Shown: positions 40,500-55,120 of the stretch, piece by piece
Layout: each line of letters begins with the position of its first letter
Numbering within the stretch: the first letter of the stretch is position 1
DNA from: Octopus vulgaris
Lineage: Eukaryota
NCBI GenBank assembly: GCA_951406725.2
Contig: OX597817.1
Location: 4,402,001 to 4,466,000 of the forward strand
Direction of reading: 5' to 3'
DNA: 64,000 bases
Made by a program: the position numbers and the translations under genes
Notes under the pieces: generated by a model
Told to the model about the DNA's origin: nothing
Seen by the model: the letters and a program-made list of their open reading frames with translations, nothing else
Databases searched by the model: none

Positions 40500-41655
40500 T
40501 ATATGAGTGTTAAAAGAAGACTTCAATAAAAGCTAGTATCGACTTCTCTTGAAAATGAAAAAAATTTGGTATCGTGATTTCATCAAGTACCTTCAGAAAA
40601 AAAGGTTTATCCCCAAACAAGATTCATGCTGACATAGTTACTCTAGTAGGCGATGACGCTCCAGCTTTATCAACAGTGCAAAAGTAGGTAGCTGAATTTA
40701 GGAGGTGAACGGAAACTGGGAGATGATGCAAGTCCTGGATCTTCTGCAACTGCCACCACCGTGGAAAACATTGATCGTGTTCACCACGTAGGAATTGATG
40801 ACAGGTGGTAGAATATAAATCAAATAGCCCATGCAGTTGCGTATTCCGTGAAAGAGTTGAGATTATCTTGTACAATGAACTTGGAATAACAAAGGTTTCC
40901 GCTCGGTGGGTGTCACGTCTTCTTACACAGGTTCAAAAACTCACTAGGAAAACATTTCATAAGAAAATCTGACATTGCTTGAATCAGATCCAGCTGTTTT
41001 CGTTGAATGTTTACTAACCCAAGATGAGTGTTGGGCTCATTATTTTGAGCCAGAGACAAAGGCACAATCCATGCAATGGTAGCTCTCCTCCACACCTGCT
41101 CCAAAGAAGGCCAACATAGCCTAATTTCTAGAGAAGATGGTTTCAGTTTGAGATGAAAAAAGCAATGTACTTACTGAATATCTTCAAATGGGTCACACCA
41201 TCAATACAACCCGATGCCAACCCGATGAGGCAGTTACGAAATGTTATCAAGGCTAAACGTCAAGGATAACTGATAAAAGGTGTGTTGTTTCATCAGAACA
41301 ATACCCCAGCACACAAGTCCTTGATTTCAGTGGCTGTTATGCATGACTGTGCTTTGAACTGGTTCATAACTTATCATATTCTCTTGATCTGGCCCTATGT
41401 AACTATCACCAGTCCCCCATCTCTTGGCTTGGAACCAGTATCACAGGGACGATGACGTCATATCCGCTGGCTGCTGGTAACAACTTTTTCATCAACAGAA
41501 TGAAAGCTTCTTGACCAATGGGATTCAAACACTGTAACACCGATGGAAGAAGTGTGTGGGCCACAAAGGGAACTATGAAGAAAAGCACACCTTATTTGGT
41601 CACATTCCATGTCAGTATCTTGGTCAGCCTATCAACTTCTCTGCCTACTCTCGTG
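40500..41655 (+). mobile_element. Decayed mariner (irritans/Himar1-like)
   Basis: MKKIWYRDFIKYLQKKG...DAPALSTVQK*VAEFRR, ENIDRVH, KVSARWVSRLLT, QDECWAH, FHQNNTPAHKS and YSLDLA. TIRs are eroded. Confidence 0.88.
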
Positions 41656-42053
41656 TGTCGTCTATATTTTCTCTTGTTATTCTGTTCTGCAATTTGCTTC
41701 AGCTCATGAAACACATTCAGAATCTAATATTTGTGTCAAACGTTTTCTTGACTCCATTAAGGAGTCTGTTTCTATACCGTTAGTTGTATCGTAAGAATTT
41801 TATAATTAGGATAAATTATTGTAGGTAACATCTCTTTCTGGTCGCAGTGGCTCTACAAAGGGTCATAAGCACTGCATTCATTTCTTAAGTAATAGATGTA
41901 ATATGAATGGTTATACGAATGGGGAAGTAGTTCTGTCACCTAAAATTATTAGACATACTTTTCTATTAAGCTGAGATAGAATAATTTTCTGGCATGTATG
42001 TATATGAGTATAAAGTGCAACTAGTTCAAGCCGACAATGAACATTTATATGCA

Positions 42054-42125
<72 letters not shown>

Positions 42126-42166
42126 GCCCCGTATGTCTGTCTATCTATCTATCTATCTATCTATCT

Positions 42167-42199
<33 letters not shown>

Positions 42200-44667
42200 C
42201 CTGTCTGCCTGCTGCCTTCCTGCCTGTCTGTCTGTATTTCTAACAAACGCTATTTTATGTGTTCTTTTGTGTGTGTGTAAATACATATGATATATTATAT
42301 CGTTTTAAATTTATTCCTATCACTAAAATATTTGACGCATTCAAGTAAATGTTTTTGTACATTAATTTCTTCTTAATGTTAGTGTAGTGAAAGTAGAATT
42401 TTCAAAATATTCCCACTTGTGACATCAATAACTCTGAGAGAGACTGGATTTCTACTAGTTGAGTTTCTTTAGAAATTTAGTCCTCATTTACTTTCCAAGT
42501 GGGTACTGGTGTTATTTGATTAAGAACAGAGTGAACCAGCAGAACAGTAAAATATTCTGTTGCTATGCTGGTGACGTTCAAATTGAAATTAAAACAGTTC
42601 AATCATGCAAGTTAAAATTTTTATTTATCAGTTAATATTGTTTCGAGAGGAAAATTTGTGAACGACTATTTATGAAAATGTAATCGCTCATAATTGTTGC
42701 ATATTTGAAGTTTTATGTTTTATAGCTAAGTTGTCAATTGATATATATTTGAAGATGTTTATGTCTACATTTTTGTTTGAACAGTTAATGTGTAATTCGA
42801 AACACTGGTCACCAGCAGACCAATAAATCTGCCCAGACTGAACATTATAGCACTTGAATATCAACCTACTCACTGAATAAATATTTTACTTGTTATACCG
42901 GACAGGAAGTTGATTTAATAAATCTTGACCGCTGCTGGATAAAATTACCGATGTGTTTCAAAGCAAATCAAATCAGCCTCACAATATTGCCATTTAAGTT
43001 TCCTAATTTTCAAATTTCTGTCAACTGTCTGTCTAAAACATCATTTACATTACACACCTCAGCTATTCATTGTTTCAACTAATATGATATATATTTTAGT
43101 ATAGGGAAATGTGGCTACAATATACATATTTTATAAACTCTGCTGTCGTATATATATATCTATATGAAGTATTACTAATAAGAAACATCATCCCCGAGTG
43201 ATGTGAGAAAAGGAATTTTTGGCATGATTCCCCAATAAAATTACCGTCGCACAATATCAACGCTCCGAGATGGTATAATATTTAAAAAAGTTTAAACTTG
43301 AAAACAAATTTTGGAAATGCAGCGATGTGGACAACGATACTTTAAGTAATATTTTTTATATATTTTCATTCAAGTTTGATTCATTTCGCATCGGTTTCCT
43401 ATTTAGCATTTGATATGTGTGATGGTTGTACAGAACCTACAGTTTTTGCTAATAAACGTGTCTGTTATGGTTAGATGGGTATAACTTACACAATTATGAG
43501 TGATGGATCTGTCAGTTTTGTTTTATTAATTCGATTGTAAGTTTCATTTCATAAAATGCTTTCCTAATTGTGTGGGATATCACTTGAGATTTACTTCTGC
43601 CATAAAACGATCCTTCTTTGTCTAGATGTTTTTTACTTTCTAAATTCTTCCACAATTTGCGCCTTTACAAGTAGCACGATACTTATGTATCATTGATGAT
43701 TATTGCTTCGAATTGTTTTGTCACTAAACACTAATTCAACCCCCTTAATTGTGCCTGGTGAATTACATGCTGTAGATGAAATTCTGTGCTGTCGAAGTCA
43801 CGAAGTATAAACTTTACCACTGGTTCTGCCGGATATGAAATTTACTTAAAAACTGCAGAGATGTTATTTTTTTTTCTTACCAAGTAAAATTAAATAACAT
43901 TGACAAACACACATGTCCATTTATTATAATGTGGTGAATGTGGTAGGGGTTTTCTCGACCATTTGTACGCTGAATGTAATCTGCTCGCCATGTAAAGTTA
44001 ACACTAAGCGTATGACAAGACTAGTCCTTGTATTACCTTCATATATAGATGGCGCGCCTGACATCCACACAGTTTCGACCACCCAGTTTTGCTAACAAAG
44101 CTTAGTCAACTACCGAAGAAGACATGTGACCAAGTTGCCATGCAATGCGATCAGGCCAGAGCTTACATAATCACAAAAGTAAATTTTTTCAACATTTAGA
44201 ATTAACTGTGCCCATACTGTGTCTCATCGAGTCACGGTAAGCTAGAATATGATTGCGATCATAAAGGATAAAACTTAATAGACTAAGGCATTTATTCTTC
44301 AGCTTAGCTTATCTGAAAATCTGCTCTTATCAAATATTATTCAATAATAGAGAGATACTTCAAATTTAGCAACATTTTATAAGTTGAAAGACCATAATAA
44401 GAGTACGTCATGGCATTAGAATAATCTTCAAAGCCACCATTATTAATGTTTAAAGCAATTGTTGGAACTGATTCTCAGATTTCAAACGCATGCCCAAATC
44501 TCACATAAGCACACGCGGGCGCGCATAAACACACATACACACACACACACACACACAGGCGTATAGATATATATGAAAAACCCGAAATTCTTTGTGCTAT
44601 ATTGAAACAGATGGCGATGACGGTGGTAGGGTTGAGAACGAGGATAATGATTCCAATGGAGCTGAAC

Positions 44668-44904
<237 letters not shown>

Positions 44905-45343
44905 GGAATGTCACTTAACTTTGCGCTACATGTTACGGGTGATCATGGAAAATATGAAAATCAATGGTAATAACATCTTTGAGAGAAATCTTTTGAAGTA
45001 ATGGATTCTCGGATTATAATGTTAAGGACAAAATCGGCTGTTATTGAAATTGTATAGATATATTAGTACTTCTTATTGAGCAGGTGCAAATTGAAGTAGA
45101 GTTGTGTAGTAAGTGATCGGGCTATTGATAGTAGTTGCTGTTGATAGAAATAAAGTTAATATTTTCCGTACATATTAAAGGCATTATCATATAAATATGT
45201 AATATAATATCGATAGATGAACATTTAAAGTCGAGCGGAAATAAAAACTTTTAAAAAGATCAAAGATACGTTAATATTTTTGTGCATCTAACCTTATCAT
45301 TTGTTACATCTGATAATAACAATGAGAACCTCAAAAACAATAA

Positions 45344-45462
<119 letters not shown>

Positions 45463-45702
45463 TTATGATAAATAATAATAATGATAGCAGCAATAATTTG
45501 GCTTATTTAATACCATATAACAATGAGCTACTAAAAGGGGTCCAGAATGTACGTGAGGATGTGTATGCATAATTGAATGAAAACCTGGTCGGTGGTGGTG
45601 GTGGTGGCGGTGGTTCGGTATAAGAAGTTATACAATATATCGAGATATATTAAAAATTGGTAATATACGTTATGCAGATAAATAATAGAAAATTTATAAA
45701 TA

Positions 45703-45734
<32 letters not shown>

Positions 45735-45790
45735 GACATACACGCATACACAGAGACAGACACAAACACACATACATAAGTGCAAGCGCG

Positions 45791-45839
<49 letters not shown>

Positions 45840-46880
45840 GGAGAAGGGATACAAAGTACAAGCAATGACATTTGAAGTACAGCGTCGGAGTTAACTTGGC
45901 TAACCAAATTGTCCAATATATAAATTCAGACTTGATATCCCAAGCAATTCGGAACAAGGTTATGGAGCAAAGTTGTAAAAAACAAAAGTATGGTAAATTT
46001 TACGCATACTTCAGTTACAGTGGTAATCCTAGCAGTACGTTGAGGCATTTTGAAGGATCGTTTAATATGCAGGATTAATAAATCGCAGAATTGTTTCAAT
46101 ACATATATATCTGAAAGTATATATATATATGAGAGGTATTGGTATCTAGAAGACTCAAAGAGTGGCAATTAAGGAGTGTTAGAGGGAAAAGGTGTGTTAG
46201 TTGGTGGTGTTAGCTCCATTATATTACCCCTACTCACATATCTCAAACGTATTCACTCTGTATCTACTCATCTCTTCCTATCCCTCCTCAACTCCTCTCC
46301 CATCCACCCCTCATATTATCTTGACCACCAACTAACACTTCGTTTCTCACTTCTTTCACCCGTTCTTCACTTTTTACACTCTTTTCATTTTTACTCTTTC
46401 ACTTTTTCTCCCTTTCTTCCTTTCATTTTCTCTTCCTGTTTTTATTTTGACCTATCCCCTCATTATAATCATGCGCATATCTCTCTGCACCCCCAAACCA
46501 TTTATCTACAAATACTACCAATACTTTCAAAAATTTTCATTCACACCACAAGATACTTTGGAATGAGCAACACAGAATCTACGACTCCATACTTGGAAAT
46601 GACTAAACATGAACTATTGGAACTTGCATATCGTGTACAGGAGACTTTTTTTTACCACTTCTATATACCACTTTCCTTGACGTGTACAGGAGATTTTTTT
46701 AACCACTTCTATATACCACTTTCCTCGAATAATGGAACTGCACCTACAACATTTTTATATATTTGATATTTTATTTCTACTTTCATTCTCTTATTTCACT
46801 CTATATTCTCTATCTCCTCCTTTTCCATAATAATTCCTTATTTCTGACTCAAATATTTAACTTTATTTAACCATTTTACA

Positions 46881-46922
46881 TCGTCTCTGATGAAGAATAA
46901 TATCTCAGAAAAAGCTGTACGA
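46881..46922 (+). ncRNA. Hammerhead-like motif with canonical CUGAUGA core in a pLTR-like remnant
   Basis: TCGT CT|CTGATGA|AGA-ATAATA-TCT CA|GAAA|AAGCT GT|ACGA. Lies ~80 bp upstream of (TA)n. Stems are partly decayed. Confidence 0.5.
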
Positions 46923-47035
46923 ATATATATCTATATCTTTTTCCTTATAAATGTCCTGCAAACTCCTCTCAGCCTTGGCTTTGTTATTTCATTTTGTCTA
47001 ATATATATATATATATATATTAAAGGTACTATATA

Positions 47036-48023
47036 CACAGGCATGACAGAAGTAAATAGACGTCCCATAAATCATCGTTTTAATGTTTATTCTAACCTGT
47101 AAAGGTTTATATATATTTTTTTATTAATTAACATTTTTATATTTCAAGTTCCATATGTGACAGTTTAATCATGCCATGTACAAAACCAGCCTTGGAACTG
47201 TTGAATTTCAAAGAGGCCGTATTGCGGGTCATTCTGAAGATGGACATAGTCAGTGTAAAATCGCAGAAGAACTTGGTATCCTGCTCTCTACTATTAGTAG
47301 AGTAATTCTGCAATTCACCAGAGAGGGGAAGGAGTCCACCACACATCGACAAAAAAGAAACTTCGCTAAGAGAAGTGTGTAGGATAATTCTCGTTACATG
47401 GCCTCTGATATAGCATAACAAGTTGATGTCAGTCTCAGAGCAGCTGTCAGCTACACACAAACATGGTTACTATGGAAGAGCAGCAAGAAGGAAGCCACTT
47501 CTTTGACCAGCCAACATCAAGCGGAGAAAAGATTGGAGCAGTGAGATAGTGGAGAGACCACTATCATTTTGGACTCATCATATTCTCTGATGAAACCAGG
47601 TTTGCTATATTTTCTGACAGTGATCGAGTGTGGGGTTGGCGACTCTATGATCAAGAAATTGGTGTGAATAGATTGCAGCCAACAATAAATCATGGCGGTT
47701 ATTCTGTGATAGTCTGGGAGAGCAATTTGGATGATCAGAGCTGGTGGTGTGTGAGGAAAACATAAACTCAGATAAATATTTGTCCCTATTGCAGAAAAGA
47801 TTCCGTTCAATTTTCTCCAGTGGTGAAATGTTTAATGAAGACCCGTTTTTTTAAATGGAAAGTGGGGCTCCTTGTCACACGGCTAAAATGACTCAAAATT
47901 TGTTGGATGACAATGACATTAAAAAGCTTCCATGGCCAAGCCGGTCACTGGATATGAACCCTATTGGACACTCTGGAACATAATGGACACGACAATTCAT
48001 AAAAACAACAAAAAAGTATCTTC
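47036..48023 (+). mobile_element. Decayed Tc1-like (DD34E) transposon, broken at the 3' end
   Basis: TA|CAC left end. [37 protein letters not shown]. Motifs IFSDETRF, GAPCHTAK and WPSRSLDMNPI.HLW. Confidence 0.88.
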
Positions 48024-48722
48024 CTAATCTCTGGATGTAAAGTCTTAGCTCCAGTGGAGTATAAATTAAGACATGACAGAGTTGGCCAATATCTCCACTG
48101 GCTAATAAGTCGGCATTACAATATCAAAACTGCCGACAAGTGGTATAATCACCACCCTGAGGCTGTAACTGAAGGAGAAAATGTAACCATTCTGTGGGAC
48201 TTTCCAGTACATACAGACCGAACCATCAAGGCCAATAAACCAAATATTGTTGTGAAAGACCAAAACAATAAAGTTTGCTTATTGATCGACATGAGCATCC
48301 CCTGTGATCATAATATCTCAGCGAAAGAGTTTGACAAGCTCAGAAAATATAAAGACCTACTCATTGAAATTGAGAAAATGTGGCATCTCAAGGCGGTTAC
48401 AATACCAGTGATCGTAGGAGTACTAGGAATGATCAAGAAGGGAACCGAAAATTATATGAGAATGATCCCTGGCTTACCATCCCTGCAAGATGTGCAAAAG
48501 ATTGTCTTAACTGGTACATCACACGTATTGAGAAGAGCATTGTCGATGTGAGAACTGTTGCTGCTCATGTATTTTAATTTAACTTAAAAAAAAAAAAAAA
48601 AATGAACGAACTATTGAGTTTGGTTTAATGACCTACCAATGTATACTATGAGTTTCTTTGCCCTAGGAGTCGGGAAGACACTCGGCAAGAAATGGAAGCA
48701 AATTTGAAAGAAGAAAAAAAAA

Positions 48723-48776
<54 letters not shown>
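48024..48776 (+). mobile_element. 3' part of an R4/Dong-type LINE: RLE domain, 3' UTR, (TAA)n tail
   Basis: LISGCKVLAPVEYKLRHDRV, ILWDFPVHTD, KPNIVV, LIDMSIP and DKLRKYKDL. Uninterrupted ORF to 48551. Confidence 0.92.
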
Positions 48777-48778
<2 letters not shown>

Positions 48779-48874
48779 GAAGAAGAAGAAGAAGAAGAAG
48801 AAGAAGAAGAAGAAGAGTTACTTAGACTGATACATTTTCACATTCTTAAGAGTGCTATATATAGACTCCAACAT

Positions 48875-49528
48875 ATTCTTTTCTACTCTAGACACAAAGC
48901 CCGTAATTTTGGGGGATGGGGCACTCGTTCCGGCACCTCTCTCTCTGTGCCTAAATCCAAAGGCCGTCACTCATTACCTGTCATCCTTTTGGCGTTAGTC
49001 CAGTATTAGGGTGTCGAGTTTTTGTTTTTTAATTCTTAATCTGTTTCATAATCTCCCTCTTTGTATTGGATCTGTACGTCAAAGATATTATGTGACTTAC
49101 ATATTGTGTGTGGTTGATTCATTGTTTCACTTGTTTGTAAACTCTCAGTCACTTACACTTTAATTTCACGAGCAGAAATCCAGTTAACCGAACAAGTGAA
49201 TCCTCATCTTTGAGACTGCTGGAAAATCTCTTGGCCACCTTCTCTACAATTTGTGAATTTCTATCAATGCGTAATATCAACGCTTATCATATATTTCTTA
49301 TTTCTTTACTACCCACAAGGGGCTAAACACAGAGAGGACAGACAAGGACAGACAAACAGATTAAGTCGATTATATCGACCCCAGTGTGTAACTGTTACTT
49401 ATTTAATCGACCACGAAAGGAGGAAAGTCAAAGACGACCTCGGGAGAATTTGAACTCAGAACGTAACGGCATACGAAATACGGCTACGCATTTCGCCCGA
49501 CGTTCTAACGCTTCTGCTAGCTCGCCGC
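48875..49528 (-). mobile_element. Composite SINE (family B head/core + ~380-bp insert + family B tail)
   Basis: Homologous to 26958-27495. The family B tail (CCCCCAAAATTACGGGCTTTGTGTCTAGAGTAGAAAAGA) follows the insert. Confidence 0.85.
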
Positions 49529-51413
49529 ATTCTTATATTACAAATATGACTTGAAATATATCGAACGACTATAGATAAAATAAATGCTAATCCTAGTGGA
49601 ATATGAAACAAGAGTAGAAAGATACATGATATATAGTTTAAATAAGATATAAATTCCGAGTACACTACACCAAGCTATCCATTCCTAGTTCCACAGAGAA
49701 AAGTTTTTAAGTTATACCTTTGAACATCAATAGCTATGAAGGTAACAATGTAGAAAAATAACACAATCCCTCGAATAAATTTTGTTTTTATTTTTTGAAA
49801 ATGATGCTAAATAACAACAAATATCCGTCCTGTCAAGACCTCATCTATGCCATTAGTCACGGAAATCCAAATCTTATTCTTAGATTGATGTTGACAGTAG
49901 ATTGACATTTTACTGATTAAAACGCGTCTATTTTATACATCGAGAAAGGGCTGAGAGTGAAATAACCTTTGATGTGAATTGAAAGCCCATATCACTTCCC
50001 AATGTTGAGTAAACATCTTTGTATTGCCTCCATTTTCGGTCGTTTTTTGATGTCTTTATATTTTTGTTCAGTTTTTTTTACAATCTTCTGTTGTACCTAT
50101 TATCGCATATTCTCTGAATGCGACCAACATAATTCTATTAATTCAACGCTTTTACAAATTTGTTTAGGTAAATTAGTCTCGTTCCATCTTGGAACCATTT
50201 CGTTTTTTGAATTTTCAAGGATTTTCCAATTTATTTCAGGCATAAGTTCGTGAACAGGTTCAGTTGTTTTTTTAAATTGGTCAAATATGCCACGCTCTTT
50301 AATATTTTAAAGGATATTTTTCTAACGAACTTAGTTCCAGAGTCTATCGGTTGTGTTGAAATGTCAGCAGCAATGAGAGGCATAACAAACCAAGAAGCTA
50401 GTCTTATGGTACAATTTAATACCACTATATTCCTAAAAGATGCAAGACAAATAAATCTTTATTTCCTATACGTTTCAAATCCTTCTTAGAAGAACTGTTT
50501 CATGACCTACCCTGGGAGGAAGAGAAAAAGGAATTAAGTAACGACAGAACAAAACTGCAAAGAACTGCTCTGAATGTGAGACTAAAATGACTGCATGTAA
50601 GAAAACTCCTAAACATTAATGATGAACTCAACTTTACATCCTATAATATAAAATGTATAGTATATTAGTATATGCAAAAGGATTAACTCTTCATTGTGAT
50701 GAGACCCTCGTCTAAGTGTCCAAAACAGATTTTTCCAATCCGGCTACCCTAAAAAATCAATTATACAAACAGCCACCGCAATATTGCATATATATGCTTA
50801 AAGACAGATTCGAAACTCCGGTGCTTCAGCTCGTGAAAAAACAGTTCCTTTGCTTTTTTGTTACATCATGACTGCTTTCTATACTTTTCTATTTAAAGTG
50901 CCACAAAACAGAGGTCAGTATAAACAACACAATCTTTGTGTTTGCAAACCATTCCCACTTCAAGGTAGTCGGTTATCAAATCCCTCCTTACAGACTATTC
51001 TTTTCAATTATTATCTCACCGCAAACTTTCAACTAGCTTATTAAGTTGGATGCTGCAGGTTTTATATACTGCACATAATGTATTTGAGATCCAGTTTAAA
51101 AGTCGTATTTAATTTACTGAACACAAAGATTACAAATAGCGTGGTCAGCGTAGTTCACCACCCGAAACTTGAGGCATGCATCACTATCTCTGTCTACTTA
51201 AACAGTGAATATTATATCTAAACCTTGCCTCACCGGTTACTTTCAGAATATCTGTTCAATGTTTGTGAGACAGTTAAATACATCAGGGTATGTTTAACAG
51301 CATTTTACTTATTCTTATACTATCAGCATTTCCAGCCCAACTCTGTATGCATTTAACACATCATTTCAGCGTCCTTCTGACACTATTGATCACAATGTTC
51401 CCAGAAAATTTTC

Positions 51414-51463
<50 letters not shown>

Positions 51464-51471
<8 letters not shown>

Positions 51472-51681
51472 ACTTGTTTCAGTCATTTGACTGCGGCCAA
51501 GCTGGAGCACCGCCTTTAGTCGAGCAACTCGACCCCGAGATTTATTTTTTTGTAAACCCAGTACTTATTCTATCGGTCTCTTTTTGCCGAACCGCTAAGT
51601 GACGGGGACGTAAACACACCAGCATCGGTTGTCAAGCAATGCTAGGGGAACAAACACAGACACACAAACACACACACATAC

Positions 51682-51720
<39 letters not shown>

Positions 51721-51876
51721 TACGACAGGCTTCTTTCAGTTTCCGTCTACCAAATCCACTCACAAGGCATTGGTCGGCCCGAGGCTATAGCAGAAGACAC
51801 TTGCCCAAGATGCCACGCAGTGGGACTGAACCCGGAACCATGTGGTTGGTTAGCAAGCTACTTACCACACAGCCAC
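51464..51876 (-). mobile_element. Full-length tRNA-derived SINE family C (CORE-like)
   Basis: A-box-like TGGCTGTGTGG, B-box-like GGGTTCAGTCCC, CORE-like GTGGCATCTTGGGCAAGTG, internal TA/TG repeat and (GA)n tail. Confidence 0.9.
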
Positions 51877-54100
51877 CCCTGAACCTATTTCTACATATTT
51901 ATTTTACATATCGAAAGTCACGATAAGCCCGGATTGTTTTCCATTGCCTTGACACTCATAACTACGTTGAAGCAGCACTATCGAAAATTCTGTTTACCTC
52001 CTTAGCTTAAATTCCACCAATCTTTCTTTTCTCTTAGTTTTTAGCTTTGCGAAAATGATAAAATACCTACCAAACCAATCACGAACTCGGTTCGATATAC
52101 TCGACCGCTCTCAAACGATCAAAAAGAGAACGGCCCAATTAGATCTATGCTAGAGCTACACAACAACAACTTTCAATAATTTTGTCGGTTTCCTTCTTAT
52201 ATGATTTATATACTTTCTGACGACTTTAATCTCATCAAAGCCTACCATACGTTTCTAAGTTGTCATTTCCTGATTAAGATATATCTAAAATATCAGTTCA
52301 GATCCGTAATTCATTAAGCGGTGGTGAGGATAATAATTTAAAGGTTTTGTTGATATATGGTTATACCACCTTGACCTTAAGTTCAAGTCCAGACGTATGA
52401 TTTCAAATACGACCGGGTCTGCACATCTATTACGCTGTTGCTTCACCATTTTGCTTTTTTTGCTGCTTTTATTGATTATATTTCACTGTCGATAGTGTCA
52501 CTGCTGTTGATACAGCTCTCTCTTTATTACCTGTCTCTACATCGCTTTAGATTTTTATTTTCCCCATTGTACGCCTTGTTAAAGTTAACGTTTATGTCAT
52601 TGTTCAAGTTAATGTTAAAATTCGTTGGGCAGTTACCCCATTCCACTTTACATTTGTATTTTCTTTCACGCCGTGAGAAGCAGTATGTCCGCTATCATCA
52701 AATTAGGAATAATCTCCTAAAAGTAAAATAAATATAAACATAAAGCTCTCCCCTCTTTGCTTTATATAATAATGATATCATAAACACAATAACAGTACAC
52801 AATTACGTTAGAGAAGTTACAAATATAACAATTCAAGGAGTAATTGCTTCAAGACACATGCTTCTTAAGATAAATGCAACATACATACAATAATAATTAT
52901 AAAGATGGTGAGGATGAGAACGAGGAGAGGAAAATGAAAGAGATGAAAAGAGTTGGATTTATCAATTTGGTACAAAGTGACACAACAATTGAGTCTGGTG
53001 CATTCGAATCAAAATTGACCAGATGGGTTTTGAAACTTGATATAAATGGATGTAATTTTCTTACGTCTAAATAAATATGAATAATTATTGCAACCCAAGG
53101 CAGGTCTCCCGAGTTAAGTCAATGTCATGTGACTCTGCAGAGAGGCGGGGCGATAATAATCTTATAGAATTAGCTATCATTGCTTTACGTCCCTCCTAAA
53201 TGCAGCAGTTTTCGGTCCCGCCCCCAAATATATCTCTGCATTATGCAACAGCAACTGCTTCGTAGTTAGCATAAACAACCACTTGTCAAGAGCTTTTAAC
53301 AACACATATTTCGCCACTCAGATTAACCCTTGTGGCACTACTCTATCCTTGAACTGCAGAACACATATGTCTTACGAGTGATACTTCCCGAGATACACAT
53401 TCGCCTGACTGCAATCTACCTGACGTTTAGACAATATATATCAGACATTGGCGCCACTCGTGGGCAATAGGAATTCATAAGAGACGATAGGCTAACAAAG
53501 AGGAAACTATGAATCTCCACATTCAACAACAGGAAAGGCAGTCCACGCCGTAAGTAACTGTCTGCTGAAACTGCTTGGAATTTAATTCCATCCAAATTTC
53601 CAAATATATACATGTGAGATAAAATGAAGAGAAGCTTATGACCTGTTTAATACAGAAATCAACTTCAGTTAATTTTATATGAAACTCCGGCGGAGGTGGC
53701 AAATTCATGCATTTCTTTGGTGATCTATCAAATATTTCTTGGCATTTACCAAAGAATGTCTAATTGAATTGAAATATCTGAGTTTTGTGGTCTCTTTTGT
53801 AATTGCTGTTAAAATGATGAACTGTTTAGGTCGGAATACTCTCACGCTATCCACTCTTAGGAAGGGAACATTTGTAGGCTGCTACTGATAATGTACAACA
53901 ATTACTATGACTAAGGTATCTGGAGATGTTCATAAAAAGATGTGAACATTTACCCTTTACTTTTTCTGCCAGGAAGGTTTCCAGCATCCATGTATTTAAT
54001 TAAATTATTCGGTAACATAAAAGGATAACGTGGTATTCCACTTCAAGAACTGAGGAAACATGTGAGGTAAAGGAGAACATTTTGAAACATATATAGATTA

Positions 54101-55120
54101 CTAGCATTAAAGACCCGTCGTTGCCGGGTCATAGTGCTAGTGCATGTATATATGTGTACATATTACATGTACATCTATATATATACATCTACACATAAAA
54201 TGCAAAATACAAAGTTATATCTTGATATCGCTAGTGATAACAATACTCAAAATATATAACAGACTGGAATTGTTAGCCCGTCTCTTGTAATTTCGATCAA
54301 TTGTATCTTGTCCTCTCTTTTGTATAGAAGTGTGGTTACAATCCAGCCTACCTCTGCTTCTGGTGGGGGGCATTTTAAAAGTTTTTTCCGAGACGTCCTA
54401 CATCCCACATATAAAGGTAAAAATAAAATATTTCCACTTTGCAAGTTCGAGTCGAGTACTCCCTTGCACGCTCCGGTGACTCGAACCTTGCTTCTATTGT
54501 GGCGAATTTACCGCCTCTGATTAGACATCTTTCATAGTCACACCAAGACACTTTTCGAAGGTGCTTTCCTCCATGTGTTCAAATCTTTTTTCTCTACATT
54601 GTATACTTTATAGACAATAGTCTTTTCTTTAATTTAATTTATTATTATCCATCTGGACTACTCTATTTCTGCACGCTAATTTTATTTTTAATTTATTCCC
54701 ATTCATGTGAAACCCCTTATTCAAGTTCAAGTCATTGATGCAATTTTATACCAATTGCTATTTTTAATTTTGTTATGTTACGATTATATTATACTTTAGT
54801 TTGATTTTAATTATTACTTACTACTTATAATTCAGTTGTTATTATTATTTTTATTGTTAAAGTAAAAGCATCTGACATAAAATAGAGAAACATTTTTGAT
54901 TCACTTTTAACACGTAATACTGAAATAGTGGAGAAGATATGATATTGCTATGGACTCGATCTAGGCAAGAAGTTGAACATCTTTTTGCCCATGAAATTTC
55001 ATGGACCCTAAGTAAGGCATGTGTAAAATTTGAATGAAATTGGTTGTGTAGTTCTCAAGTTTTAGGGAAACACACAGTCAGACAGACAGACACACATTCT
55101 CAGTTTTATATATAGAGAGA
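54101..55120 (-). mobile_element. Complete non-autonomous Helitron (1020 bp)
   Basis: Minus strand A|TCTCTCTATATATAAAACTG...(CTGT)n...GACCCG-GCAACGA-CGGGTC...CTAG|T. Inserted between A and T with no TSD. Confidence 0.88.

Noticed and set aside
43935-43995. CGECGRGF peptide resembling a C2H2 zinc finger
   Set aside because: Isolated, bounded by stops, and lacks the HxxxH and TGEKP linker.
46632-46729. 49-bp tandem duplication
   Set aside because: An ordinary slippage duplication inside a decayed element, with no functional signal.
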